Shown: positions 23,991 through 36,927, numbered from the whole stretch's first letter. The stretch is DNA of 61,487 bases, filler included, from Choristocarpus tenellus KU-1152 (GCA_964200185.2; 11 parts of 11 records of this genome joined end to end with filler, not necessarily neighbours in it), one strand, 5' to 3'. The notes: generated by a model from the sequence alone, not told the origin. Translations and numbers: made by a program.

Positions 23991-25919
23991 AAGGCCAGTC
24001 ACCACTACCACCACTCTCTACTGATTGCTACTCTTTCAACATATATATATATATATTGGAGTTGATTTCTCTTGTCTCTTTTTTTCCCCTCCTTCCCATT
24101 TGTGACATGTGATGAGTGGTGCTTTTCTTCGGACTAGATAGACCTGATACGACTTTGACTGCTGTGGGGGCTAGAGTCCTAGAGCGTTGCATACAAGTTC
24201 TCTTCGTTCTCCCTTGTTCGCATTGGGACGTGCTATAGTACTGTACGTACTCGATGTTGGTATTAATACACATGATGTAAGATAGTATGACTAGAATGAT
24301 TCGCGAGTGATGAATAGGGATATTGGAATATTGTGATGCCCAAGAAGTAATGCTGTAGGAAATTCAATTGTTCTGACAATACCCCGCTGCTTGCGGCGGG
24401 GTTGTTTATTAAATGTGTCAGAGAAAATCAATACATGGTTACTTTATGAAGGTTACAAGATACAGATTAACTAGTAGGTAGGTATGATATTTGCAAATTG
24501 ATTTATCAAGATATCAAAAAAAATTAAAATCGGAATAATATAAGGAATAAATTATAAGTGTTTATTATGCAAAAGAAATTTAACCAAGTTGAAGATGAAC
24601 TAAACCCACTAAAAGATGCCCAAGAAGTAATGCTGTAGGAAATATGTATTGTTTAGTAATTTCGCAGTTTGTTCGCTAGGATGATTATGGAGGGTAGAGC
24701 AACACCCCCCTTGTGTACGTAACGAAGTCACTCTTGGCCGTAAAACAAAAAAACATATTCTACCCCATCTTCTTTGTGACAAGACAGTACACTCTCGTGT
24801 CGTGAAAATATCCCTCTCATCTTTCGTTCTCCCTTTTCTTTCTTGTTCTTTCACTGATTATCTCCCCCCCCTTTAGCACTTGCATCTCTCAAGCAGCGTG
24901 CATTGCCTTCTTCTTCTGACTAACCTTTCAACCACGGGACTGTGACGCCTCAGACCTTGGACTGAGAAGAAGAAGAATCGTATGTATTAAAAACACCACT
25001 ATCTCTTCTGTGGTAATTTGAAGAAATGGAGGGGGAGAAAGCATTTCTTCGAGAAAATGACTCTTACAAAGTGAAGAGATGGTGCAGCTACCAATAGCAT
25101 ATGTGGGCTTCCACACCATTCTTTTATCACTTCAGGTAACCATGTTTACTCTTGTTCATGATGTTTTGATCTCTATATTGAAAAAAATGATTGAGCTGCA
25201 TTTTCGAAGTAGAAATATTACTCGCATCTGGAAATTGGTCCTAGACATGAATACTGTGGCAAGTTGGAAGGCATCACAACGAAAGGCGCTGATGGACCAG
25301 GAGGATTATTAAACATACGTTTTGTTCCTGTCCAATTAATGAGGTTGATAGAAATCTATGATTGACAGTGTTTTAACTATATATATTGAATTACATATAG
25401 TTCAAAGAATTTTCAACGATATATAGACCTATTTTCTCAATAAACTATCAAAGCAGATGACATGCTGCCAAAAAAAAGATCTCAACTCTAAAAGACGTGA
25501 GCAAAACCTGGTTCGCACCGAAAACACTGGTCCCAGTTTAATCCATCAATGCAAGACTCCCCTGTTTCATACTGGGTTAGGGGAAACATGCATAATCAAA
25601 AAAATGAAGTGGTATCCCTCACATAGGTGCAGGCAACGAGAGCACCAATTTGTTCTCATTCTTGGTCGGGACTTTTCTCTTAAGGATAATATCAATATCT
25701 CAGAACAACAGGATGCTCCCCGTCAGACCTTGGAGACAAAACCATAACAAAACCACAGCATCCACGCATCACACCTACACCACTGTGTAGGTCTAGGTGG
25801 GTAACTTAAGATCTGCTTTGAGTGCCACACCTCCCAAACGGATAACCACCCCTGAATGGCAACACAGCAAACGAATTGAAGGGCAATTGAAGTATCTGGG
25901 CACCACAGTCATTACATAC

Positions 25920-28182
25920 CTACTGCGCCTGTGCCAGAGGTAACACTTCGTTCAAAACGTTCTGTACAGACTCAAGGTTATCTCCCTGTTCTGCATGCAT
26001 CAAAATATCTAGTCCGCTCTCATCCTTAGCCACGACTAGCTCCGATATCTGACAGTGATGAAAAAGGTAGGATATTCCAGTCAGACTGCGGAGAAGTGCA
26101 GCTTCACGAAGTGAAATATTTGTTATCACACGACACCCACACTGTGTCGGATTGAGCAAACTAACTATATGGTGCAGCTGTGCATCTGCTATTGTGTTGA
26201 CCTTGATCTATCTAATACAACCTATCTCATAACTATCGTGTGACACTCCAACAACCAAAATGATAAAGAGACATGGCAACAGCAACAAATCATCCGTTAC
26301 TGACGGTACCTGCTCTGGAGAGAGAAACACCTTCAGATGGTGCCATATGGGAGAGAAACGGCAACTTGCAGCATGCATCAGGAGGTTCAGTCCACCGTCG
26401 TCCTTGGCCATGATTAGCTCCACCAACTGAGAAAAGAGACAAGAGGATAGGTTGCTCTCAATCGGACTTCAGATACTTCAGAGAATTATAATTTTAAAAC
26501 GTGATATGAACATGTCACGCCGGTTCTATAACATTAGGTAAGCAACCACATCATTCCGGTGTGCTTCCTTTTTGTGGTGCCTTCAATCACCAGCACGCGA
26601 AAATCATCCAACACACAATAATGTTAGCATGTTCAGTAAGTGGGTGGACCTTCCAACATCTGGGTACCATCATTTCTACCACACCTGGTCTGTAGATAAC
26701 ACCTCTTCCCTTATAGCACTCAACACAGACAGGAAGCAATACTCATATTCCACTGCATGCATCAAGATATTTACGCCAGTCTCGTCCTTAGCCATGACCA
26801 GGTCCAATAACTGAAAAATAATGATCGAGTCAAGGGGATATTTCTAAGGTCAGGCTTCAAAGTTGTTCAATCAAACTTCACAAACTTGAATGCCAGTTTC
26901 TTCTGTAATGGCGAGAGATAAGGCACAGTATCTATATGTGTAAATGAAAGTAACTTTTCTCCAACTTCATCCCATGTACTCTAGGAGTTGGGCATGCAAC
27001 TTCAACCAGTCGACAAGACACTAAGTGAGACATTGCTTTTTGTAGAGGGATGTGTTGGGTCTTGTTACGGAGGGACATCTGTCTGAATGGAAGTTGTACT
27101 ATCTATATCTAAGGGGAGAGGGTAAATGAACACCTATGAAATTATCTAAATCACGAGCTCATCATAGCACAGATACGTTTTCCAATGGGTTCAATATTTC
27201 AGGGAAGTAGGAATTATGGGAACAGTCCTATATACAAGGGTGTTCACCCCAAAATAAAATAAATTAATCGCAGCATATAATTTGCTGTCAGGTTCTCCCT
27301 TGTACAGAATATTTCTTCATATGGTCCCCCCAGCAAGAAGTTTTTGTGCTCAATTTTTTTTACAGTTTTTCTTATTGTGTTATTAACCACCACGTCACCA
27401 CAGGCCCAACTTGACTCCTCCGACAACACTAACCTTCTGGATTTTCTAGAAAATTCTATCTCAGTAAAAACCTTGAGGGGGCAGGAGGACCTTTAGCCAT
27501 CCAAATCCGTGGACAAATGTGGGTACAAAAAAGCATACGCTAAATATATGAACTAGTGCATAGTACGCACATGTATCCAAACCAAACTTGTCCCTCTTCA
27601 TCAATACTTGATACACCATCTCCTCTTGTGTATTTCTTTGTTAGTGCTGTTCCAAGCCTATATTCAACAGTTTCCAACTGGGTATCAACGTTGTTAGTAT
27701 CAATACAGACAATTAAGCAGTGTGTCAGTATTTTTGTTGGCTCAAAGTATCTGGGGGGGGGGGTGTCAGCTGTCCATTTGGGATCAATTTTTTCATCTGT
27801 TAATAGCAGGGCTTGATATTTCAAGACCAACTGTTTCCTTCTGTCCCATGTGGTCCCACAATACACTCACAATGTATAGGATAGGGTGGGCAAACTACAT
27901 GGTGAATATATGTGCATTTTTGTCACCCCTCTTGATCTACACCACTATAAATGCATACCAGATAAAATATGACAGCACCTGATTAAGTGCAATACCAATA
28001 ATATAAAAAACATGAATGGCTAAACAACAGTTTCTGCATAGAGCCAATATTTTTCATAGCTGTACCTGTGTTGGTTCTACTAGCCCCTTTATATCATGCC
28101 ACGTTGGCATGAAGTTGCTTTGTGCTGCAAGCATCAAGATGTTTAGTCCATTCTCATCCTTGGCCATGACTAGCTCCAACAA
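25920..28182 (-). CDS. Ankyrin-like repeat protein, one repeat per phase-0 exon (5' part off-contig)
   Basis: Exons 28182-28066 (LLELVMAKDENGLNILMLAAQSNFMPTWHDIKGLVEPTQ), 26810-26685 (LLDLVMAKDETGVNILMHAVEY...STDQ), 26426-26310 (LVELIMAKDDGGLNLLMHAASC...SPEQ) and 26048-25929 (ISELVVAKDESGLDILMHAEQG...PLAQ). All have CAG acceptors and end in a CAG codon. A non-repeat exon may lie at 27677-27588. Confidence 0.8.
27739..27795. mobile_element. MITE family C terminus in an intron
   Basis: GGCTCAAAGTATCT(G)n TGTCAGCTGTCCATTTGGGATCAATTT. Confidence 0.75.
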
Positions 28183-28500
28183 CTGACAAGAGAAAATAAG
28201 ATAAAGTTTTCCAACCCTTCAGTTAGTCCCAAATTGTGCTGTGCAATGGTGCACTTGACAAAGATTGAGCCTACCATTGCCATTGCATTACAATAACAGT
28301 ATATTTGTAAAGGGTCAAAATTTCTGGGGGGGGGGCTTGTGAGGAGGCGTCCGTTTCGGTCAAACAACTCTTTCTTTCCTGACATTTCAAATCCGACACG
28401 NNNNNNNNNNNNNNNNNNNNNNNNNNNNNNNNNNNNNNNNNNNNTTAATTAATTAANNNNNNNNNNNNNNNNNNNNNNNNNNNNNNNNNNNNNNNNNNNN

Positions 28501-29639
28501 GGGGGGGGGAGGAGGAGGAGGAGGAGCAAGGATGGCATCACTTGTGCTGAAGGAGGTGGTATAGACACTGGAAGCTTGTACAGCAACGGTGGCGACAGAG
28601 GAAGTGTTTGGAGCTGGATGAAGTGGGGAAGGGTGAGGGGAAGGGGGAGAGTTGGGGGGGAGGGGGCCGGCGGAGAAGTGTTGGCGGGAGATTGGCCTGG
28701 TTATGGGGAAGTGGGCAATGATTGTTGCCATGGGGGGAGGGGGATGGATACCATTGAGGTGTTTGTGGAGGGTACGCGTAGTCGGGACAGGCGTTTTCTT
28801 GCCCCCAGGACTGGGGTGCTCCGTGCGCTTCAGGTGAGGCGTTTCCCTGCTTGTTCTATTGAGTGTTTTTGTGGGGTGTGTTGGTGAGGCATTTACCGTC
28901 GATTATTCTAAATAGTGATTTTTAAATCTTTGGTTTTGCAAAGGCCGAACTCATCCATTATTCTAATTAGTGGTTTTAATTTAAATCTTTGGTTTTGCAA
29001 AGGTTGTACCCGTTCTTATGGATCTCATCCAATGTTCACGTTCTTGAGCAAAAAGAAGAATCACTTCACGTGCCGGTGGAATTTTATCACCATTAAAATA
29101 TAAAACATATCACTATTAAAATATAAAACATATCACTATTAAAATATAAAACATATCACCATTAAAATATAAAACATATCACTATTAAAATGTAAAACAT
29201 ATCACTATTAAAATATAGAGCATGTGTTCTGTACACATTAATGTCCTTTGTGTATTGTGTACTGAAAACAAGCTGATGTGGTTGAAAAAAAGGACAATAA
29301 AAAAAAGAGAGGTGAGAGTTAGGATTCTCGGTGCGGTTTTGGGTCGTTCTAATTTAGAGGGTCGCTTCACCTCGCTACGATTTGAATTTGAATTTGAATT
29401 TGAATATTAATTAGTAGTATTTCAAAAGTGCTATGGAGTATAACTGTTTCCTACTCTCTCAAGAATCATGACAATTTTTTTGTTTAATAAAAAATATATA
29501 TTTTAGAATTTATTTCTTAATATTATTATATAATATTATTATATAATATTATTATTATTATTATATAATATTATAATATAATATTATTATTATATAATAT
29601 TATAATATAATATTATTATTATATAATATTATAATATAA

Positions 29640-29688
<49 letters not shown>

Positions 29689-30635
29689 GAGTGGGTTGTA
29701 GCATGTTCTCTTTTTTGGGGGGAGGGGGGAGNNNNNNNNNNTTTGTTATGTGTGGTTTTTTGTGGGTTGGGTGTGGGTGGGGGGAGGGGGGAGGGTGTCA
29801 ATTGATCTCAATTGATCTAAAAAACGTTTTCAATAATACATACATGAAGTGACCCCTGTTTTGTTTTTGAAAAAATAAAGAAAATTGTGCTTGAGTAATT
29901 GATGTTGTTGTGTTAAGGTGCATCACATGGCTAGAACTTTCCCAAGACAGGTTATCAATCTCGGTTGCATTGGGAGATATATGTACCTCAAGGTGAAAAA
30001 CGGGCTTTTTTGAACTGCAGAAATCACTATTGTCTTCACAGTGCCCATCCAGCTCTACCAAGGGCCTAGTCAGGTTGGGAGAAAACAGTAATTTTTCGTA
30101 TCCAGTCCAATTTCAGGGTATACCCACCTGTTCAGGACGACAGACGGAATGGGGGTATACTCCCACATTTGAACCAAAAAGGGGTACAATCTTGGTGTAC
30201 CGCTTTTTGTCACACCCATATTGCTCAGTCAGTGCTTTCATAAAAATAACGGCGAAATCATCCTCTTTTTTGCTCATTTTGTAGCCCCCATTTGAACCTT
30301 TAACCTGTGGGGGGGGGAGGGGGGTATACCCCCTTTTGTCCACTCTCTCTGTATATACGCACTTGTGTGTGTGTGTGTGTGTGGGTTGAAAATTTTTCCG
30401 AAATTTTTTTGATGAGATTTTTTTGATGAGATGTTTCTACATTGTGTAATCTTTGTCATTTTTTCTTTTTTGAGGTTGCTCGTGGCAACAATTCCCGATT
30501 GTGGCTGGTACCTATTGCCATCAGCTACGAAAGGGTGCCGGAGCAGGCCTCCTTGGCCACAGAGCTATCCCCTGCCGCTACGGGGGGGGAGGGCAAACGT
30601 ATTCGGCAGGGTGCAAAGCTTGCAGGATTGATCAG
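28501..30635 (+). CDS. Glycerol-3-phosphate / dihydroxyacetone-phosphate acyltransferase (PlsB/GPAT/DHAPAT family), fragment
   Basis: Exon <28501-28833 ends IEVFVEGTRSRDRRFLAPRTGVLRALQ (motif III). Exon 30475-30635 has LWLVPIAISYERVPE (motif IV). Confidence 0.85.
29086..29216. repeat. 23-bp minisatellite (CACTATTAAAATATAAAACATAT), ~5.5 copies, intronic
   Basis: Direct tandem copies with few substitutions. Confidence 0.93.
29515..29688. repeat. A/T-only compound microsatellite ((TAT)n / TATAATAT)
   Basis: About 170 bp almost without G or C. Confidence 0.95.
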
Positions 30636-31319
30636 GTGAGGTTTTGCGAGCAGAGCCCACTTACGCATCATGAGGAGGGCTTGTAAAAGGTTTTCCCGGT
30701 ATGTTCGGAGGCTTTTTTGTTTCTGTGGTTGAAGGCAATAGGAACAGCCTTTGCCCAATTTGAAATTTAAGTAGAACACTTTCTGTGTGTTGCCTGCCTG
30801 TGTGTGTGTGTGTGTGTGTGTGACTGTGTGCTAATGTGCACTCTGTTTGAACGTACATATTTTCCCTGGTGTATTTTTATTTTCATGAGAGACTTTTTTT
30901 TAATTTTGTAAATGGCATAATACAATAGTAGAGGTAAATATTTTCAGTGTTGTTAAACGATCAAGGTCCTGACTGTACATTTCCACCTCATGGTGGGTGA
31001 CCTTTGTTCAGTCAAGTTATCCTCCTTCCTCAGCTATCCCCTCCCCTCTGCCCTCATACAATGTATACGCAGAGACTAACCTGTTGTTCCACAGGTCGCA
31101 CTTCTCAGAGTAAGAGGGTGTCTCACATCTCGTGTCAGTTGGAGTTCTTAGGTTTACTCTTGGTTATATTGTTGTGCATTGTATTAGTATGATTGAAATG
31201 TTGACCTCAGGGAGGCTCTTGTGTTGCAGGAACTGTCACTTTCCCTGACAGAGGCTCCGCGGCCTAATATTTGCATATCCTTAATGTTTTGATATTTGAT
31301 ATATTTTTTAATGTATACA

Positions 31320-31990
31320 TTATTATTATTACTATTTTTGTTGCTGTTATTATTGAAGTATTTTAAATTTCATTGTTACAGTTACTATTTCTAATATTGT
31401 TACTATTTTTGTTGCTGTTATTATTGAAGTATTTTAAATTTCATTGTTACAATTACTATTTCTAATATTGTTACTATTTTTGTTGCTGTTATTATTGAAG
31501 TATTTTAAATTCCATTGTTACAATTACTATTTCTAATATTGTTACTATTTTTGTTGCTGTTATTATTGAAGTATTTTAAATTCCATTGTTACAATTACTA
31601 TTTCTAATATTGTTACTATTTTTGTTGCTGTTATTATTGAAGTATTTCAAATTTCATTGTTACAATTTTCATTGCCATTATTATTATTGAAGTATTTCAA
31701 ATTTCATTATTGCAATTACTATAACTAATATTATTACTATTTTCATTGCTATTACTATTGAAGTATTCCAGTTTTCATTACCATTACTATTACTGTTTTC
31801 ATTGCTATTATTATTGAAGTATCCAAGTTTCATTATTGCCATTACTATAACTAATTTTATTACTATTTTCATTGCTATTATTCTTGAAGTATTTCAAATT
31901 TCGTTATTGCCATTACTATAACTAATATTATTACTATTTTTCACTAATACTACTACTATTTTAATACCAATGATATTGCCATTTTCATTA
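31320..31990. repeat. 71-bp AT-rich minisatellite, ~5 near-identical units then diverged units
   Basis: Unit starts TACTATTTTTGTTGCTG at 31330, 31401, 31472, 31543 and 31614; degenerate variants continue to ~31990. Confidence 0.92.
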
Positions 31991-32690
31991 CTATTAGCAC
32001 AATTATTTAACCTTTATCCCCAGACCTGCTTGATTTTCCTACAACACCTCACTCATTTGAAGCTTACTCCCAAATAGTTGGTTAAATTTGCACTATGATA
32101 ACTGCAGTCAAGTAGTAGTGTTTCTAGTCACGGGTTCTACATGAGTTTATCCACTAAGACTGTAGCATTAATACCAACACAATGAAATGAAAAAAATAGT
32201 TTGAAATAATAATTAGGTACAAAATAAATAATACACATGTTTCAGACTTGTGAAAAAATACCCTGGTGTTGATTTGTAGGTAGGTAGGTAGGTAGGTAGG
32301 TAGGACCAAGGTGAGCAACTTTGAAAAAAAAAAAATGGACTAAAATGTTAAAACATGCATGAAAACACAGGTGACGAATTAGGTTGCCGTAGGGTGTGGA
32401 GAAATACTATGTACAGTACTTACCAACGCCCCCCAATATGCTTTAACCCTCATATATGTATACACGTGTGTATGTATATATGTATGTATGTATATATGTA
32501 TAACTCTTGGTTATATTGTTCTTAGCATGTTCTTTCCCTTTGCAGGCTGTAGTTTACATGCAACCGTTCATGTTCTTTCTCATGCCCCCCNNNNNNNNNN
32601 NNNNNNNNNNNNNNNNNNNNNNNNNNNNNNNNNNTTAATTAATTAANNNNNNNNNNNNNNNNNNNNNNNNNNNNNNNNNNNNNNNNNNNN

Positions 32691-35508
32691 TTCTCCTCCG
32701 TCATCCCCCCCCTTCCTTTCCCCCATACCCTGTGGTGGTAAGCGGAACAGCCCTTGGCTCTGTACTTTTGCACCCTTGCCACCTGAGGGAAAGAAGAATG
32801 TAGCGTACTGTAACAGAAAGAGTTGCAACAATGTTGAGATGTGAGAGATACGTGACAGTGGGCAAGGTCAGGCAAACAGGGACTGCACAACAAGCATGTA
32901 TATATATACTTAGTATATCCCAATCATAATGTGAGCAAACGTTGTGTGTTCAAGGGTACTATAATATACTTTCTTTATACAAGGACAATTCGCATGTGCA
33001 TTCACAGTATGTAAAGGGTTTTAGACCAGCAAGAGCCGGGAGTGTACCCAAATCTAGGGTCCTCACTTGGCCTCCAGTCCATTCTATCTCCTCTTTGTTG
33101 CCACTTGCTGGTGCTGGTACCGGACAAAAGCGGAAGCTCTTGATTCCAGCTGTGACTGAAATCACCTCCGTACACCTCATCAGATGCCCCTGGTGCATAG
33201 TTGAGTCAACCCTCTCACCCCCAACAACAGAGGTCGACAAGATTCTGCCCCCAATACCAGTCACAGGAGGTGATGGTCGAGGAAGGAGTGGATTGAAGGG
33301 TGACATTTCGACCATTCTCATGCGATGGGGATTCGCTGCAAGGGCCTCGATCACAGCAAGGACTTTAATCTCCACATGCTTGCTTGGTCCACTTCCCATG
33401 CCAGGGAAGTGATCGCCACCCCATATAATTCGGGCTTCACCAGTGACTTGGAGGACATCACCTAATGATTATTAGGGGAGAAAGAGGGAGAGCAAGAAAG
33501 CAGAGTGAAACATGACTTACTTCCTTGTTGAGATGTTCTTTACCATCCCCTTCACATAGTCAAGGCACACATCATTTCCAATGTGAAACAATCGCCTGAA
33601 TGAAGAGGGTACAAAACACACTTCTGGGTTATGGCCTTTACGTGCATTGGTTAGTATCACATATCTGCTGCTTAAAAATAGTATCCTCTGCCCAAGTGCA
33701 GCGTATTTGAGTCATAGTACACCCCTGTCGTAATGCAGCATATCAATGCAGCGGCCAGGTGGCCTCAAGTATGTGCACCTGTGTCACGCTGAATAAAGAG
33801 TAGACCTGCCCGTGGATTGGAAACAATGTTGCCAAGGCTGAGGTACAAGTTGTTTCCCTGAAAGACATGGGAAAGATAAAATCTTTCAAAAGCGTTTTCT
33901 GTATGACAATGAAGATTATTGAGGCACAACACCAGGCACTTTGATATGTGAGTTGGGGCTCTGCCTGTCCAAATACTGAACCAACCAACGAAGGGGGAAT
34001 CGCTCTACACGACTTGAGCATAAAATAAAGGGATAGAATTTTACACACAGGATAGATGGAGTCCAGCTACTGCCAGAAGGTGGTTTGGGGATCTGACCTT
34101 GTAATCTGGAAACACGATCGTGCGTTCGTCGGTGGCCTTCACGAAGCCGGGACTTCCACCTCTGTTCGAAGCATCTGCTCCACCATTGACCCCGTCGGTA
34201 TAAGTTGCGAGCACAAATGTTTCAGCAGAGGATATCCACCTTTGCTGCACCTGCGACAGGACAGTTGACCTCTGGTTGGAAAGAAGGCCAAGGAATATCA
34301 AGGGAACAGCAGGGACAGGTGGAGGATGCCAGGTTGTTGAGCATATAGAAATATAAGGAGTTGGTAGGTGTGGGCTCGCACTTTGCCGAGAAAAGGGTTC
34401 CCTGAGACCGGGGCCTATCCTCTAGTGAGAGATGACACTAGCATTAGCAAGGATTAGAAGCATAACCTCTTTTAAGGACAGATTTTCTCACCTTTATGTG
34501 CGGCTCCCGCAGCATCTCACTTTCCTTCACAAGCTCCCTTACATGAACATACTTCGGGCAGTTACCCATGGCCATGATTACCTCGAAGCGCAAAGCATTG
34601 CTGTTGGACTCCGCAGCGATAATGACCCCGTTAATCCTAGACCGAGAGAGAAAGGTAAAAGGGTGATCGATAATTGCAGCGTCTAGATCTGGTTGATTCA
34701 ATCCTACGTGTTACGATTCACATTGTGAAGAAATCCAACAAGGATCACCCGGTCACCTGTATCGACGTTGATTCTTCATACCCATGAGCAACATGCCAAG
34801 CGGTGCTCGTTTGCGCTGAATGTTCAGCCCAAGAGGATCTCCCCGATACGTAACGAAATTTCTGTTGCTGGTGGAAATGGTCATTATCGTCTTCCTGAAA
34901 GATCGAGATAGTCGTTTAGGGTTGGCACATAGTTGGTAGGTCGTATAGTTAACAATACCGGAGTAATCAGCCAAACCTCTTTATGTTGTTGTTCTCATCG
35001 AGCTCAACCATACCCAATAAATCCAACACCAAAGGTAGTTTATCGTTTTGTATGAACAGATCTTGTCAAGACGAGTACAGCATCTAGTTCTTGTGACCCA
35101 CCCAGCATACCCGTCATGGTCTGCATACACCAGGAAGCCAGGGTTGTGCCCCATGACAGCGCTTGCCCAGACACGACCTTCCTCATCCACGGAGGAGAGG
35201 TACACCTCCTTGAGGTCTGCGTCACCCATTTGGAAGTCTCCGCTAGAGCTGCGAGTATTAGTATGAGGTTACAAGAACAATTTCAGTTACATCTCTCATG
35301 AATACACCACATGTCCCATGTTCACCATCCACAGTACAATTGCCAGTCGAGGTGTGTTTTAGGAAAGGCCAAAATGGAAAATTTGGTCAAAGCCGCAAAA
35401 CCTGATTTTGGTGCCAATCCAACCCTTGGCAAGGATCTCTGCAGCTTCATTTGCCGTGCCAGCCTTCTCCTGTATCAACAACTTGCCGTCATGAAAATTG
35501 AAACCCAT
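32691..35508 (-). CDS. Pyridoxamine 5'-phosphate oxidase-like FMN-binding (tandem) plus FAD-binding ferredoxin-reductase-type oxidoreductase (3' truncated)
   Basis: Exons 35508-35402, 35248-35111, 34894-34757, 34636-34543, a probable short exon near 34437-34383, ~34272-34098, 33857-33779, 33461-33067 and 32807->32691. Motifs FHDGKLLIQEKAG, DEEGRVWAS, RRYRING, GNCPKYV, GADASNRGGSPGFV, FPDYKGNNLYLSLGNIVSNPRAGLLF, GDVLQVTG, SPFNP, IKSFRF, GGQYATF. Confidence 0.9.
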
Positions 35509-36339
35509 ATCTGATTAAGGGTGGGGTTGTATCTGACAACAAAGTAGTGTAGGAGAGTATGCTGTACAGTAAGTGTTGAAGACACAGCAGCTCTATCGGT
35601 GCAATATGTTCAAACAAGGCTACTCATTTGTTTTTTCTTGATACGATACAGTACCACAAGTCAATACGTACTATTAATTGCTCTATAGTATGTGTGACTT
35701 GCTTGAGCTACAGATATTTTATTATTATGACCTCTGACATTTTGCAGATTTGTCAGGGGAAACCAATGAAAACTATACATATGTCGTTATTAGCCCTAAA
35801 GAAATTAAATATCCTAAACGTGAGAACACAAAAAAAAACTGTAAGTGTGGAAACCACTAATCAGTTACTTCACTATCAGATATTGTACTACTGCCTTCAT
35901 TTGCTTCCCATCTACCTACTCCTGTGCCCTGGGGGGGGGAGTTAGGGAGGCATCCCAAGAATCCAAAAGACCCCTCCGTGCCCATCTCCCTGGTGACTAA
36001 TTTGAAGCGCATGACACGTCTAGATATTGACACACGTTTGTTCTGTTGTTCCGTTGTTTATTTTTGTTTTTCGACTCTTTCTTCTTCTTACCACCAGAAG
36101 ACCCCAATCGTACATCAATTGTTGATTATTATTTCTTCTTGGTTTGCATTGTCCCCTCATAACACACCAAGATCACCTTGCATTGAGTGTACCTGATCCA
36201 CACCTGGATGCCATATATTCAGAGTTAAAATATCAACAGAAACCCTTGTCCAATGTAACAAGCCTTCTCTTAGAGCATTTCTTCCTTCTTTGAGTGTACC
36301 AAGGAAGAAATCGAATACACATAATCCATCTTCTAACTG

Positions 36340-36694
36340 ACCAAGCCATGACTTCAGTTGCAACCGAACCAATTCACTCGTGCTTTGTGGCACTATGACA
36401 CCTCTTCACATCACAAATTACAGCGCGGAAGCCTCGGTAGGACCCCCATGTACAGTAACATAGCAGAGAATAATTGCACGGCTGTTGTTCTATTCCTTCA
36501 ATTGGCTCACAATACGGCATACAATACCACATTACAAGAGACACCCTTTTTCCTGCTTTTTGAATGCCGGTCAAATTTACCGATAGATGTCATTTTTGGT
36601 CTATCATCTAAAACAACAGTTGCCCAATCTAGTCAAGAGTTTACTCAACCAACAGCTGAGAATTTACAGTTAGCTTTTGAATTAGCCCGTCGCA
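36340..36694 (+). pseudogene. Ty3/gypsy integrase C-terminal fragment
   Basis: LQLAHNTAYNTTLQETPFFLLFECRSNLPIDVIFG matches the gypsy integrase AYNT...TPFxLxFGR motif; cut by a family C MITE. Confidence 0.8.
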
Positions 36695-36720
36695 GGGTCA
36701 AAGTATCTGGGGGGGGGGGG
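36695..36720. mobile_element. MITE family C terminus at contig end
   Basis: GGGTCAAAGTATCT(G)n. Confidence 0.8.
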
Positions 36721-36820
36721 NNNNNNNNNNNNNNNNNNNNNNNNNNNNNNNNNNNNNNNNNNNNTTAATTAATTAANNNNNNNNNNNNNNNNNNNNNNNN
36801 NNNNNNNNNNNNNNNNNNNN

Positions 36821-36927
36821 AAATTCACCCAGCCTCAGGAAAAAACAAAAAGAAAAAAAAACGCGCATAAAGGTGATCTCCTTACAAAACACCACCCCCC
36901 CCCCCCCCCCCCCAGATACTTTGAGCC
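36821..36927. mobile_element. MITE family C terminus (reverse) at contig start
   Basis: (C)n AGATACTTTGAGCC. Confidence 0.75.

Noticed and set aside
29086-29216. CRISPR-like array
   Set aside because: Head-to-tail tandem units without unique spacers, inside a eukaryotic intron, with no cas genes.
31684-31872. Asn/Ile-rich ORF
   Set aside because: It is a translation of the AT-rich minisatellite; the 71-bp period is not a multiple of three.
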